NCBI RefSeq assembly: GCF_001194135.2
Contig: NC_068984.1
Span: 103,815,415-103,879,414 of the forward strand
Direction of reading: 5' to 3'
Source of the DNA: Octopus bimaculoides
Taxonomy: Eukaryota
Length of the DNA stretch: 64,000 nt
In this document: piece after piece, positions 1 to 10,790 of the stretch
Layout of the letters: every line of letters starts with the position of its first letter
How positions within the stretch are numbered: position 1 is the first letter of the stretch
Program-made: the position numbers and the translations under genes
Notes under the pieces: model-generated
Database searches by the model: none
What the model was told of the DNA's origin: nothing
Seen by the model: the letters and a program-made list of their open reading frames with translations, nothing else

Positions 1-639
1 AAATTTCTCAACAAATTTCTTTATAATCATGATCTATACCATTTGAAAGATATTTGTATAAAATTTCATTAAAAGATATACATTATGAGGGGGGAAAATC
101 AGATCGTATGAATTTTCCGAAACTCGTCTCCCTTCCCTGTCGGGAAAATTCTTTGCCATAAATTCCTATATAGTTTGAATCTACAGCATCTAAGCGGTAT
201 TTGTTGAAAATTTCGTTAAAAAGTATCCGTTTTTATAGAAGTTATGAGGCAACAAAGTTGATGGGGTACACATCTGTACTTATGGCCAATCAGTGTCACC
301 ACTGCTCGTCAATTCAAAACGCTCCAAAGGGAAGTGCCACCTAAGCTAGGGACCAAATGGTCTGACTGAAACATTGCACCATTCATGGCGGTAGTTTTAA
401 ATTATAAAGACGAGAACAATTATTGTACAAAAAACAGTTTTAAAACTAGGCCTAGTAATGATAGTTTATATCTTGTTCTGAGACATTCATTTGAAATTCG
501 GGTTTCTAATAGAAGTTCAAGGCTACAAATGAAGAGAACTTTTAAATTGTGTAAATTGTGACATTCACAACTTTCTCAAGGGAATTAGTAACCGCAGTGA
601 AGTAGAATGACTGTTCTTGAAAGCTACTATCTGTTGCTA

Positions 640-975
640 TTTCAATGTAGCATATGAGGAAAACGTTTATGGCTTGAGCTTCTATTGTATGATCATACTA
701 GCTGCTAGAAACAGCTACAAAAAATCTCTCTCAAATCACCGCCCACCCCTCAAAGGAAGGCTATATTAAATAATGGGAAATCTTTCAGTATTAGTAGACG
801 ACGTCATTAATCTTCTATGATATGACGTCGTCTACTAATACTGAAAGACTGCCAAATAATATTTGTTCTAGATATAGTATACCTGGATATATTAACCAAC
901 CTGGAAAAGACGAAATGATCATGCCTGGAACACCTTTTAACATAGATTTGCATGGTCCCAGTGGACTTAAGGATA
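640..975 (+). repeat. Dispersed repeat (family F: ctagaaa..agc..aaatctctctcaaatcac...ctggaac.cctt), interrupted by a palindromic insertion
   Basis: The same motifs recur by eye at ~34330-34520, ~34570-34640, ~39600-39740 and, reversed, ~54690-54780. Confidence 0.55.
775..853. mobile_element. 79-bp palindromic MITE-like insertion
   Basis: Perfect 27-bp inverted repeat (781-807 / 822-848) with a 14-nt loop. Flanked by direct repeat aaataat (768-774 / 854-860) and GG/CC termini. Confidence 0.6.
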
Positions 976-2861
976 AACAACCTCCCGTCCATAAAATCTA
1001 TTTTTTCAGAAGCGTGTGTTGTTATTGAGAGTGCCCAGGTATTTGTCGATAATTTTATGGGAATATGTATGTAAACGTAAATTATATACGAGGAAAGGCT
1101 ATAATATTGATGATGTTAACTAATAATTTAATAAAATATCAAACGGAGACCTTCTAACAATGCGAAAAGGACTTTTTCCGTTTCGCATTGCTAAGTCTAC
1201 TTAGTTATTAGTTATATTACTTCTGTATTAAAATGTTTCAAGCAAACTACTGTGTTCTCCAATTATTTAATACAGATTATTAACAACTATATATATTTTA
1301 ATAAATGTTCGTACGACTTTCGACAAGATACTTTTCATTTTCGAAATCGTAGCTTATCATTATTAAATTGTAACTTGAAGTACACAACAAATTCAATAGA
1401 GTAAAATATGCAAGTATTCACACAAATGCGTGAAATAACCACATTGACACCTATGCATTTACATTCTTCGATTTCGTTTTTGTTTCACTTAAATACCCAT
1501 TCTAAATATATACATTTGAGTGAAGAGAAATGTTACGTTTAGATACTACATCGACGGTATGTCAGTGTGAAGGCAGTAGCTAGCTTTAATCTAACATCAA
1601 TTAAATACGTTCTTTCAGCGTGACTCAACTAATTTTTCTTTGTCATTCATTCTTTGAAGATAAAATCTAAATCAACGTGTTGCTTGAGATATATTTACTT
1701 CTTGAGAGTGACGACTGATGTAGAGACAGCGATGAACTTCCCAGTTAGCGAAGTCCATCACACAATCTCCTTTCTCGTCTGAAAAGTGGCAGTCATTAAA
1801 GCCTTAAAATTTATGGTATTTGTTCCGACTCACTATGCACTGAGTTCAAATCAAATTGAACTTTACTTTGTTGTTCATTCTTTTAGAGTTAATAGCATAA
1901 AGGAGTAATCCGATATAGCGGTGAGGTTGTTGGATTGTCGCACGAGAGGATTCTTTATTATTTGAGTCTTTGGGAGAGTTAATCGCCTTGCTCGGTACAA
2001 CATCCTTGCCAAGCACTGTGGGTGCTTTTAGCAGGCTTCTTTCTCTGACAAACATTCGTATCAGCTCTCTGGGAAAAAGTTCATTTCTCCCGAACAAAAC
2101 GTCTTTCTTTCATATATATATATATATATATACATACATACATGCATGCGTGCGCGCATACTCACACATGCATACGCGCGCGCACACATACTCATACATA
2201 CACACACGAGACTTTATTCCAATGGAACACACCTTTAACAGTTATTTGGTTAATTATGGCTCCACAGGCTGGAATCCAGGAAATTGCACCATTTCTATGT
2301 TTTATAAATATATCACTGCAAGTAAAAGTCGTTCTATATGAGGACTAAAACCAACGTGGAGACAAGAAAATTACCTCCATTCTGTCACATTTCTTGTTAA
2401 TAACTGGGGGTGGGGGAGACATGAGTTTAAAACTTCAGATGTGTTTATGCCGTACATGCCTTTCCCGAGGCAATAGTTTCGATAGTGAAAATGAATCAGG
2501 AATTTGTTCTGTTTCTCTAGTTTTCACCATTCAACAGAATTAGCACAAGCACATAGATGAGTCCCAGATGGGCCCTGAACAAGTTTTCCGGCTATGACCA
2601 CGCCGTCTTGCTTTCGGGAATAGCGCATCAAGGACTACGATATTTAACGTACCCTCCCTTTTTCCTTTACAATTGTAGTGTGTGATTTGGTTGCTATTAC
2701 TAGCAAGTCGAGCAACGTTGGCTCGTTCCATATGGAACAATGTATAAGGAATAGGGAAATCGGTTAAATCTATCCTCAAATATATCAAGAATTTATTGTA
2801 CTGAGAAGGAAAGATAAAAGGGGATGTCGACTCCTGTAGAATTGGAAATGGCGTCATTGAC

Positions 2862-2863
<2 letters not shown>

Positions 2864-2917
<54 letters not shown>

Positions 2918-2961
2918 GTCTGTCTGTCTGTCTGTCTGTCTGGTTGTCTATCTATCTATCT
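2864..2961. repeat. (TATC)n/(TGTC)n microsatellite
   Basis: Directly visible. Confidence 0.95.
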
Positions 2962-3355
2962 AAGGTTTAAACCTTAAAACTTTAAAACTTCGTAACTCTG
3001 AAGCCTTCAAAATATTTTGAGATTCTTTGGGACTTCTCTGAGAATTTTTGATATTTTATGCATTGTTCCAGAAACTCTTTTTTTTTTCCGAGGGTTTTTT
3101 GAATTTTGAGTAGTCTATTAAAATCCTTTCACACTTTTTCGTTTTCTCAATTTTTTCAAATTTTACCCTTTTTTTCATTTTCCACTTATTTTTTTTTTTA
3201 CCTTCTCTTGTCTTGTTCATAAATACTTTTAACTTCCTCTGATTTATTCAGATACAATATTTCACCCTCTTTTACCTTCCTAACCTCTCCTACTAACGGC
3301 GTTATCCTGTTGTCTTTCTATACTATATGACACCATCGAGTTTAAACACCATACA

Positions 3356-3681
3356 TCTATATATATAAAAATGAGAATGTGTGTCTGTCTGTCTGTCTCT
3401 CTGTCTGTGTGAATCCCTAAAACTCGAGAACTACGCAACCAATTTCATTCAAATTTTACACATGCCTTACTTAGGGTTCCAGTTGTGTTTTAGTCAAAAA
3501 AAAATATTAACTTCTTGCAGAGTTCGAGCACACGGCAACATAATATCTCCTCTACTATTTAAGTATTACGTGTCAAAAGTGAAACAAAAACACTCATGTC
3601 AAATACTTTCACTTTAAAAATGAAACTATTCCACTAACTGAAACAATCACATTTCGATACTGTAGTGACAGATACTTTCAC

Positions 3682-3730
<49 letters not shown>

Positions 3731-3736
3731 TATATG
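3356..3736 (+). mobile_element. Non-autonomous Helitron-like element, 5' part (runs into N gap)
   Basis: Starts A|TCTATATATATAAAAATGAGAATG followed by (TGTC)n and caaccaatttcattcaaatttt. This 5' end closely resembles that of the mini-Helitron at 4572. Confidence 0.55.
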
Positions 3737-4335
3737 NNNNNNNNNNNNNNNNNNNNNNNNNNNNNNNNNNNNNNNNNNNNNNNNNNNNNNNNNNNNNNNN
3801 NNNNNNNNNNNNNNNNNNNNNNNNNNNNNNNNNNNNNNNNNNNNNNNNNNNNNNNNNNNNNNNNNNNNNNNNNNNNNNNNNNNNNNNNNNNNNNNNNNNN
3901 NNNNNNNNNNNNNNNNNNNNNNNNNNNNNNNNNNNNNNNNNNNNNNNNNNNNNNNNNNNNNNNNNNNNNNNNNNNNNNNNNNNNNNNNNNNNNNNNNNNN
4001 NNNNNNNNNNNNNNNNNNNNNNNNNNNNNNNNNNNNNNNNNNNNNNNNNNNNNNNNNNNNNNNNNNNNNNNNNNNNNNNNNNNNNNNNNNNNNNNNNNNN
4101 NNNNNNNNNNNNNNNNNNNNNNNNNNNNNNNNNNNNNNNNNNNNNNNNNNNNNNNNNNNNNNNNNNNNNNNNNNNNNNNNNNNNNNNNNNNNNNNNNNNN
4201 NNNNNNNNNNNNNNNNNNNNNNNNNNNNNNNNNNNNNNNNNNNNNNNNNNNNNNNNNNNNNNNNNNNNNNNNNNNNNNNNNNNNNNNNNNNNNNNNNNNN
4301 NNNNNNNNNNNNNNNNNNNNNNNNNNNNNNNNNNN
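3737..4335. other. Assembly gap (N run)
   Basis: Ns; ORF calls spanning it are artefacts. Confidence 1.
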
Positions 4336-4571
4336 GCTTCTCACATGGACAACCGTATGTTGGCTGCTCAAGAGTGGGCAGCAACAAAAAACCTATTTGT
4401 ATATGCTCCACAAGGGAAAACAAGGAACATAGTTTACAATGAGGTGTTATAATCACAACAGCAAGAAAGTATGTACATGATCACCTTCTTTTACGAAACT
4501 TCATTGACTTTCATATATTTATATTGATATACATATATATACGTGTGTTTGGGTGCGTGTGTGTATATACA

Positions 4572-4662
4572 TCTCTATATATAAAGATGATGCGTAGTCT
4601 AGACGGCGTTTTTAGATTTCATTATTCTCTTTAACCCGGGCAACGCCGGGTATTTCTGCTAG
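4572..4662 (+). mobile_element. 91-bp mini-Helitron
   Basis: 5' TC, subterminal hairpin acccgg-gcaacg-ccgggt (4634-4651), 3' CTAG (4659-4662), inserted between A4571 and T4663 with no TSD. These are all canonical Helitron hallmarks. Confidence 0.8.
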
Positions 4663-4848
4663 TATATTATATTTGAAGAACCCTAACTTTAAGACTTCGC
4701 TCGAATTAACAGAAACATTTTTATCCATATATAAACAAAACACTCATATAAGAGCAATGTAGTTCGCTTGAAGCATTGTAATATCAAAGAAGGTTTAAAA
4801 AAAGAGAGAAAATAGAAAGCTTCTGACAATGCGGCAAGTTTTATAAAA

Positions 4849-4886
4849 CCTTTATATTTCAGGCGCAAAGGCCCATCTTCAGAAGA
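4849..4886 (-). ncRNA. Minimal type I hammerhead ribozyme motif (left arm of inverted pair)
   Basis: Minus strand reads TCTT-CTGAAGA-T-GGGC-ctttgc-GCCT-GAAA-TAT-A-AAGG: core, stem II, palindromic ATAT stem III, AUA triplet, 4-bp stem I. Confidence 0.55.
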
Positions 4887-4964
4887 AACACAATCTGGAA
4901 AATGTCCAGTTATGCAGGTTCCGTTAACCCATTCAAATTCCATGAGGATTTCCCAGACTGTTTT

Positions 4965-5002
4965 TATTCTGAAGAAGGGCCTTTGCGCCTGAAATATAAA
5001 GA
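4965..5002 (+). ncRNA. Minimal type I hammerhead ribozyme motif (right arm; stem I has one mismatch)
   Basis: TATT-CTGAAGA-A-GGGC-ctttgc-GCCT-GAAA-TAT-A-AAGA. Confidence 0.5.
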
Positions 5003-5984
5003 TTTTACAAAACTTCCCCGCGTCGTCAGAAGCTTTCTAAAACACCTATATGTATAAAGTTTTAAAATGCATGCTACGTTAGTGTATAATTTAACTCGTA
5101 TATATAGATATGCATGTATGTGTTTGACACCTGCTCCTAGTAGTTGAAGCACAAGACAGAGAGAGAGAGAGAGAGAAGTGAGAATGTATGAAAGAAAAAG
5201 TTAAGTGAATGCAAATGTATATTGTGAAACATTTGTCTTAAAATCATAATGCTGTTGGGTATGGGTTCCTGTTACATCTCAAACGAATCTCTAGAAGAGA
5301 AGGATTAAAACCCAGGGTATTTATAAGTACCTCTTAATAATCATATGATAATTAACAATATATCTGTGTTCGTGGTCACACTATAGGGAAAGACTCATGC
5401 AATAAATGGAGAAGTAGTGAGTGGTGGTCAGAGACGTTAAATATAGATGAGGGGAAAATGAAAGAATTATAACGACAGTATTATAATGAGAAGTTTTGCA
5501 ATAGCTGGAGTAGCAGATATTCTAATAAGTATGAAACTAAATTTTTGTCCGAAATTTTACGAGAAATACATCTTCGTATAATTTCATTGTCAGTATTCAA
5601 AAAGAAAAAGAAAACAATCAAAAATAATTGAAAACAAAAATGCTACATGTTAATTTTCCTGCCTCCACTAAAATCTGTGCACGTATAGGAATAGGCTGAA
5701 CTGTAGAGAGGATGTATTATGGTCAGAATATCACACTGTACCTCTTACGACTCACCACTGCGTGACTCACTGTGCATTATTGGTCTCAGGCTACGCAGAA
5801 ACATTGCATAACTGAGATGGATACGTAAGATATATCCGGTTGCTCTACTTGCATGCCATAGAACTAGAACTATACAGTCAAAGCTGACACAGGACTACAT
5901 AACAAAGAGAGACCGTTGTGGAATGGATAAAGACAAAGCGAGAACCTATGTAAGAGACATAAAAAGTTTGTTGCAGAAGAATGT

Positions 5985-6130
5985 TAGCAGTTCAACAAAA
6001 GTGACTGAGAGAATAAGTATCAGACTATAAAAAAAAGGTACTGGAGTCGATTCGTTTGGTTAAAACTCTTCCAGGTGGTGCCCCTGCGTGGCCACAATCC
6101 AGTAACTGAAACAAGTAAAAAATAAAGGAT
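5985..6130 (+). mobile_element. 3' fragment of tRNA-derived SINE (family A)
   Basis: gaataagta...ggagtcgattcg...ggtgcccc.gc.tggcc...actgaaacaagtaaaa matches the tail of the full copy at 17823-18205. Confidence 0.6.
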
Positions 6131-7124
6131 ATATTGGAAGGGACATTTCATCTAGACATGTGACTTGCGAGTACACTTCATTGACAAGGTTGAAAAAGGC
6201 TGAAATGCATCTGACATTCTCATTAATCACTACCGAGACGATCATTCATCTTGCTCTACTATATATGTATTTTTAACACAGTATATCTAGGAATATTACT
6301 TTCTCAATGGTTTGTCTTTCTTAGGCAGAAGATGCTTAGAATGTATTTGTGTGATATAATTCACAATTCATCGAATGCGAAGCAAATATTTTATTCACTT
6401 AACCATAATGGCACATGAACAACATAGACGTTGTTCGTACTTCTACAAAATTTGGAACGTAATTTCTGATAGTGCAATGACATTATGGGATATTTCACAA
6501 CAAAAGAATAAAAACGTCCTACATGTGGACAATCACTGCATTTCATTTTATTCTCGCATATTTAGTCATATCTCTTAAACAAACAACACGTGTTAATTAT
6601 TAATAATTTTCTCAATGGAATACAAACTGGAAAAACAGGGTATATAAAAATGAATTCTCTGGCAAGATGACAATGTTTAGCAATATGTGAATGGTTTTGT
6701 CAAATAAATATGGCAGGACAACTTATGAATAATTAGGCATCTCTTTTTTTTTTATCGTTTTCTCTTTTTGTTGTTTGTTTGTTTAGAAAACTATGCCAGT
6801 TTATGGCTGCGTGGGAAACATATATATATTTATTACAGAGCAACCTGTATTTTTTAACAAAAATAGTTCTCATAAAATCATTTTTATTATTATTATTTTC
6901 CAATTGATATCTCTCTTCAAACCTATCTTTAGTCATGCATAACACAAAATAAGAATGATTGGATGTACTGGTGAGCGCTGTGAACCCACATACCTGTGGT
7001 TGCATGGTGCTATAAGCTTCTCCAATTTATGTGTATATATATATATCGGCCTTCGCCATGATTGACCGCTAGCTACTAAAGCTTTTTCTTTTTTTATTCT
7101 CTCTCTGTTTATTTTCTCGTGTTC

Positions 7125-7160
7125 CTTTCTGTTGAAGAGCGTAGGCTCGAAATGTAAAAG
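7125..7160 (+). ncRNA. Degenerate hammerhead motif (A6->U, CpG-decayed stem III) in a Penelope-type tail
   Basis: CTTT-CTGTTGA-A-GAGC-gtag-GCTC-GAAA-TGT-A-AAAG. Confidence 0.45.
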
Positions 7161-7267
7161 ACTTTCTCACCTTCCTGAGCGTTAAACTAATACACCTGTT
7201 TGTTGTTTACACACCTGTCTTCGTCTTTTGTAAATTCCAACTATATATATATATATATATATATATA

Positions 7268-7425
7268 NNNNNNNNNNNNNNNNNNNNNNNNNNNNNNNNN
7301 NNNNNNNNNNNNNNNNNNNNNNNNNNNNNNNNNNNNNNNNNNNNNNNNNNNNNNNNNNNNNNNNNNNNNNNNNNNNNNNNNNNNNNNNNNNNNNNNNNNN
7401 NNNNNNNNNNNNNNNNNNNNNNNNN
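7268..7425. other. Assembly gap (N run) flanked by (TA)n
   Basis: Ns. Confidence 1.
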
Positions 7426-7493
7426 ATATAGTGACCGCGTGGCATCGTTGGCGATTTTCTTTCTCCGTTTTCCCTTCTTTGGACTTTTCCTAT

Positions 7494-7528
7494 ATTTCTG
7501 ATGAAGAGCTCCGCTCGAAACGTGAAAT
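7494..7528 (+). ncRNA. Hammerhead motif with intact core but non-cleavable GUG triplet
   Basis: ATTT-CTGATGA-A-GAGC-tcc-GCTC-GAAA-CGT-G-AAAT. Confidence 0.55.
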
Positions 7529-7637
7529 CCTCTTTCTTTTCTTTTCTTTCCTGAGCGTCCAATAACACTGTACTTATTCCACATCCTCGCGTTGTTGTTT
7601 TTTCGTGTTTTTTCTTGCTTGCTCATGTTTGGATTGA

Positions 7638-7680
<43 letters not shown>

Positions 7681-8139
7681 ATCCTTATAGATAAACGAAT
7701 ACACAGCAACAGTGTAATAGTATAATCGAAACAAACAGCAGTAACCGCACGGAACGTAACAATCTTTCAAGAACCAACAATCCAACACACTGACTCGAAC
7801 TTTGAACCCAATGTACTCTCGCACAACATCTCTCCTTTTGAGATTTCGACTTCCAAAAGAATAAAGAATTTATATATATATATTATTTTTTTATATATAT
7901 TTCGTTTTGGGATTTGGTTTGCAAGATTCTTTATGTGAATTCATGTGTTGAAGCATATTCTGTTGTATCTGGAGAGAGTCATTCTCTTTTAGTGCCTTAT
8001 AATTTAACCCACTCACCGGTAAAATTTCCACTCATTTACTTATTTATTTTTCTAAAATTTTCGTTGCGTCTTGCAACCTTTTCAATAGTTATTGACTCTG
8101 TCCGTTATCCGAGCTGCGTTCTTTTTGCTTGTTTGTGCG

Positions 8140-8780
8140 CATGTGTGTGGGTCAGTGTGTGTGCGCATACACATGTGTTTGTATGTATGTATGCATATAT
8201 ATATATATGTGTATGCATGCATGTGTGCATGATTAAATGTATGTGTGTGTGTGCGTATATATATATATATATGTATTTATGTGTGTACGTTTGTATGTAT
8301 GTATTCTGCATGTTCATGTGTTAGTATGTTTTGTGTGTTTTTATGCGCGCGTGTGTGTGTGTTTGCATGTGTTTGTGTATGTTTGCATGTGTGTGTGTGT
8401 GTGTGTGTACTTCTGTCTTCTTGTGTGTGCATGTCTGAGTGTGCCGGTGTGTGTGTTGGGTGGGGTGGGGTGTGTGACTGTGTACTGTGTCTGTAATATG
8501 AACAGACAAGCACACATACACAAATGAAGACTCAAACACATGACCATACATACACACACACTTCACACAAGGACACATATGGAGACACACGTCCACACAT
8601 ATGGAGATACACATCCATACATATAGACACAGTACACAGTCACAACCTCCCCCCACACACACACTGACACACTCAAACATGCACTTTATCCGTCTGTATG
8701 TCTATGTTTACTTTCATATCCATATGCCTACATACATGTGCACGCACACACACACACATACATCTATCTACGTAACAGCC
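8140..8780. repeat. Foldback low-complexity region: GT-rich left half, CA-rich right half
   Basis: Perfect 20-bp inverted repeat 8473-8492 / 8625-8644 inside a ~65-70 bp imperfect inverted repeat. Confidence 0.7.
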
Positions 8781-8959
8781 CACTAACTACTCTACCTGTA
8801 TATAAATATAAGCTGTGGGTATGGGGGTATGGTTATCTACTACGTGTATTTCCTATTTAGTACTGGGGATGTTTCATTTATGAGGGCGTACTCCTGTATT
8901 TGTCTGAGTGTTGGGTCCTTCGGGCGTTTGGATAAAATGCGGATGTTAAGTTGACCTAG

Positions 8960-9500
8960 GTTGCCTCCTCTTTTCGAGTCCGTCCAACTGTTCATTTAGG
9001 GTCTCAATTGTCGAGAACCGTACTTTTCTGTTTGCTTTAAATTCAGGTTTTCACTTACTTGGAAATAGGCTTCCGTCTTTCTACATAGACCTAAATGCAC
9101 TGATAACACTTGCGGGAGTATTTTTTTCAATTTTTTCTTTAGTTCTTTCGAAGACTTGTTTTTAACGAGACAAACATTTATGTTATTGCAATAAAGATTT
9201 ATGGGGGGAGGTACCATAAATCGAATAGTTCTAACCAATCTGTGCCAGATTAATTGTATTATCCACAACAAATAATTTTGCTTCACATGTCTCTCCTTGA
9301 AATGTGATGTCGATACGTTTTGCCCATAGAATGTAATTTATCGCCCGTTACACCACGCGCTATTTTCGCTGCTTTACGTAATCTCGGTTTACCAATTTTT
9401 TCCCAAGTAACCGCATTTATAATCAAGATGTCACTACCTGTGTCTGACTGTAATTTGGTATTCACATTATTTACTGTCACTATATATTGTCCAATATGGT
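8960..9500 (-). mobile_element. Ty3/Gypsy pol remnant: aspartic protease and start of RT
   Basis: Translation VTVNNVNTKLQSDTGSDILIINAVTWEKIGKPRL (DTG motif at 9430-9444), then ELKKKLKKILPQVLSVHLGLCRKTEAYFQVSEN...NEQLDGLEKRG; contains frameshifts and stops. Confidence 0.75.
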
Positions 9501-9524
9501 TGTGTTTTTTTTTTTTTAAGATAT

Positions 9525-9672
9525 TAAAGATCAGGTTGCTATATCTAGCATGTTGAGCAACCACATTGAGAGGCAACGAGCTGGCAGAATCGTTAGCATG
9601 CCAGGCAAAATGTTTAGCAGCGTTTCGTCCGTCCTTATGTTCTGAGTTTAAATTCTGCCGAGAACGACTTTC
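9525..9672 (+). mobile_element. tRNA-derived SINE family B (partial)
   Basis: gagctggcagaatcgttagc...ttctgagtttaaattctgccgag; A/B-box-like motifs; many copies in the window. Confidence 0.7.
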
Positions 9673-9904
9673 CGTTGCAATCACTCTTCATTGAAAACAC
9701 ATTAGAACTTTTTGTTTGAGCCTCGTAGTCTTGTTCTACAATGAGAACTCCTATCCCAGCTTCTAACAACGTTAGCACTTTTTGTTTTTAAACGGACAAT
9801 CCTTTTTATAGTATAGGCCTCCACTATCATAACACGGATTGAATTTTTGCAGATATTTATCCCCCTAAGGGATCTGTAGGAGACTTCCGACGTCTTAATT
9901 CCAT

Positions 9905-10158
9905 TGCAGTTGCGGACAGGTATCCAATACTCAACCTACATATTCGAGCACCGCTTGGCACTTTCAAACAATCAGACGCCCGTTTCAACACGTCCATATC
10001 GACCTAGTCGGTCCTTGGCCTGTCAGCAATAGATTGATTCACTTACATCCTCACAAGTATAGACCGCTTTACGCGCTGGCCAAGGCTGTTCCTTTACGTG
10101 ATATTGCAGCAGAGTCTGTCACCCAAGCTCTCATAGCCAGTTGGATTTCTCGTTTCGG
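9905..10158 (+). mobile_element. Ty3/Gypsy integrase remnant
   Basis: With frameshifts: HIRAPLGTFKQSDARF / HVHIDLVGPWPVS / FTYILTSIDRFTRWP / KAVPLRDIAAESVTQALIASWISRFG, matching the rve core. Confidence 0.85.
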
Positions 10159-10699
10159 AACCATGTGGTTGGGAAGCAAACTTTTTATCACACAGTCACA
10201 CCTGTGCCTATACATATGTGTGTGTGCGCGCGCGCGTTTGTGCATGTTTGTGTGTGTGTATGTATATATATATATATATATATATATTATTTGAAAAATA
10301 TAGTATTAAATAGCCATCACGGCTGATCTGACGATATAGAGGGTGTTATGCAACATTAAGGTTCAGACACGTGACCTCATCTCTTCCTCTTTTCTGCACT
10401 GATACGCAAGCTGTGAGGACGCAACTTGACTGGCTCTTTCTTATACCACAAGCCAGTTTGCAGATAGGAGCAGAGCAGAGCACAGAAGACCATGGCCTAT
10501 ACACATCAACCATTTTATTTATTATTCCATTGTGTATATGCGTGTGGCCACAATAAATGTGTTTAAAGTTACAACCTTGCTTGTATATGTTCATCCAGGT
10601 TTACTACCAAACGTGATCACAGCCTTCTGAGAGTCATATTAGGTGGCTCAACAACGACCTATACCATCTATAAACTCAACAGAAAAATATCGAGGGATT

Positions 10700-10790
10700 T
10701 TGTGTGGGTGGGACACACAGCGCTTCTAGAGATCAGTTTCGCTGACATGGGTGAATCTTCTCAAGAGCATCATATCACCAGGACACACAG
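10700..10790 (+). repeat. Dispersed repeat (family D), second copy ~12925-13010
   Basis: cttctagaga/gtcagtttc.ctgacatgggtg.atcttctcaagagcat.atatcacca present twice. Confidence 0.7.

Noticed and set aside
1141-1190. Overlapping short stems (caatgcgaaa/tttcgcattg; aaacgga/tccgttt)
   Set aside because: Only 10 and 7 bp, expected by chance in 64 kb, with no family context.
2557-2690. Plus-frame peptide MSPRWALNKFSGYDHAVLLSG, faintly like the metalloprotease 'DHA.LL.G' motif
   Set aside because: All frames are closed downstream of the nearby acceptors and there is no donor; the similarity is too short.
1846-2863. ORFs of 83-123 aa in CpG-retaining sequence
   Set aside because: No recognisable domain, splice structure or codon signal.
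3634-4456. Long ORFs of 245-269 aa (also 7182-7824 and 54014-54492)
   Set aside because: They span N gaps and microsatellites, so they are artefacts.
8055-8095. Minus-strand GTTGC-aagac-GCAAC-GAAA stem resembling hammerhead stem II
   Set aside because: No CUGANGA core, stem III or stem I.
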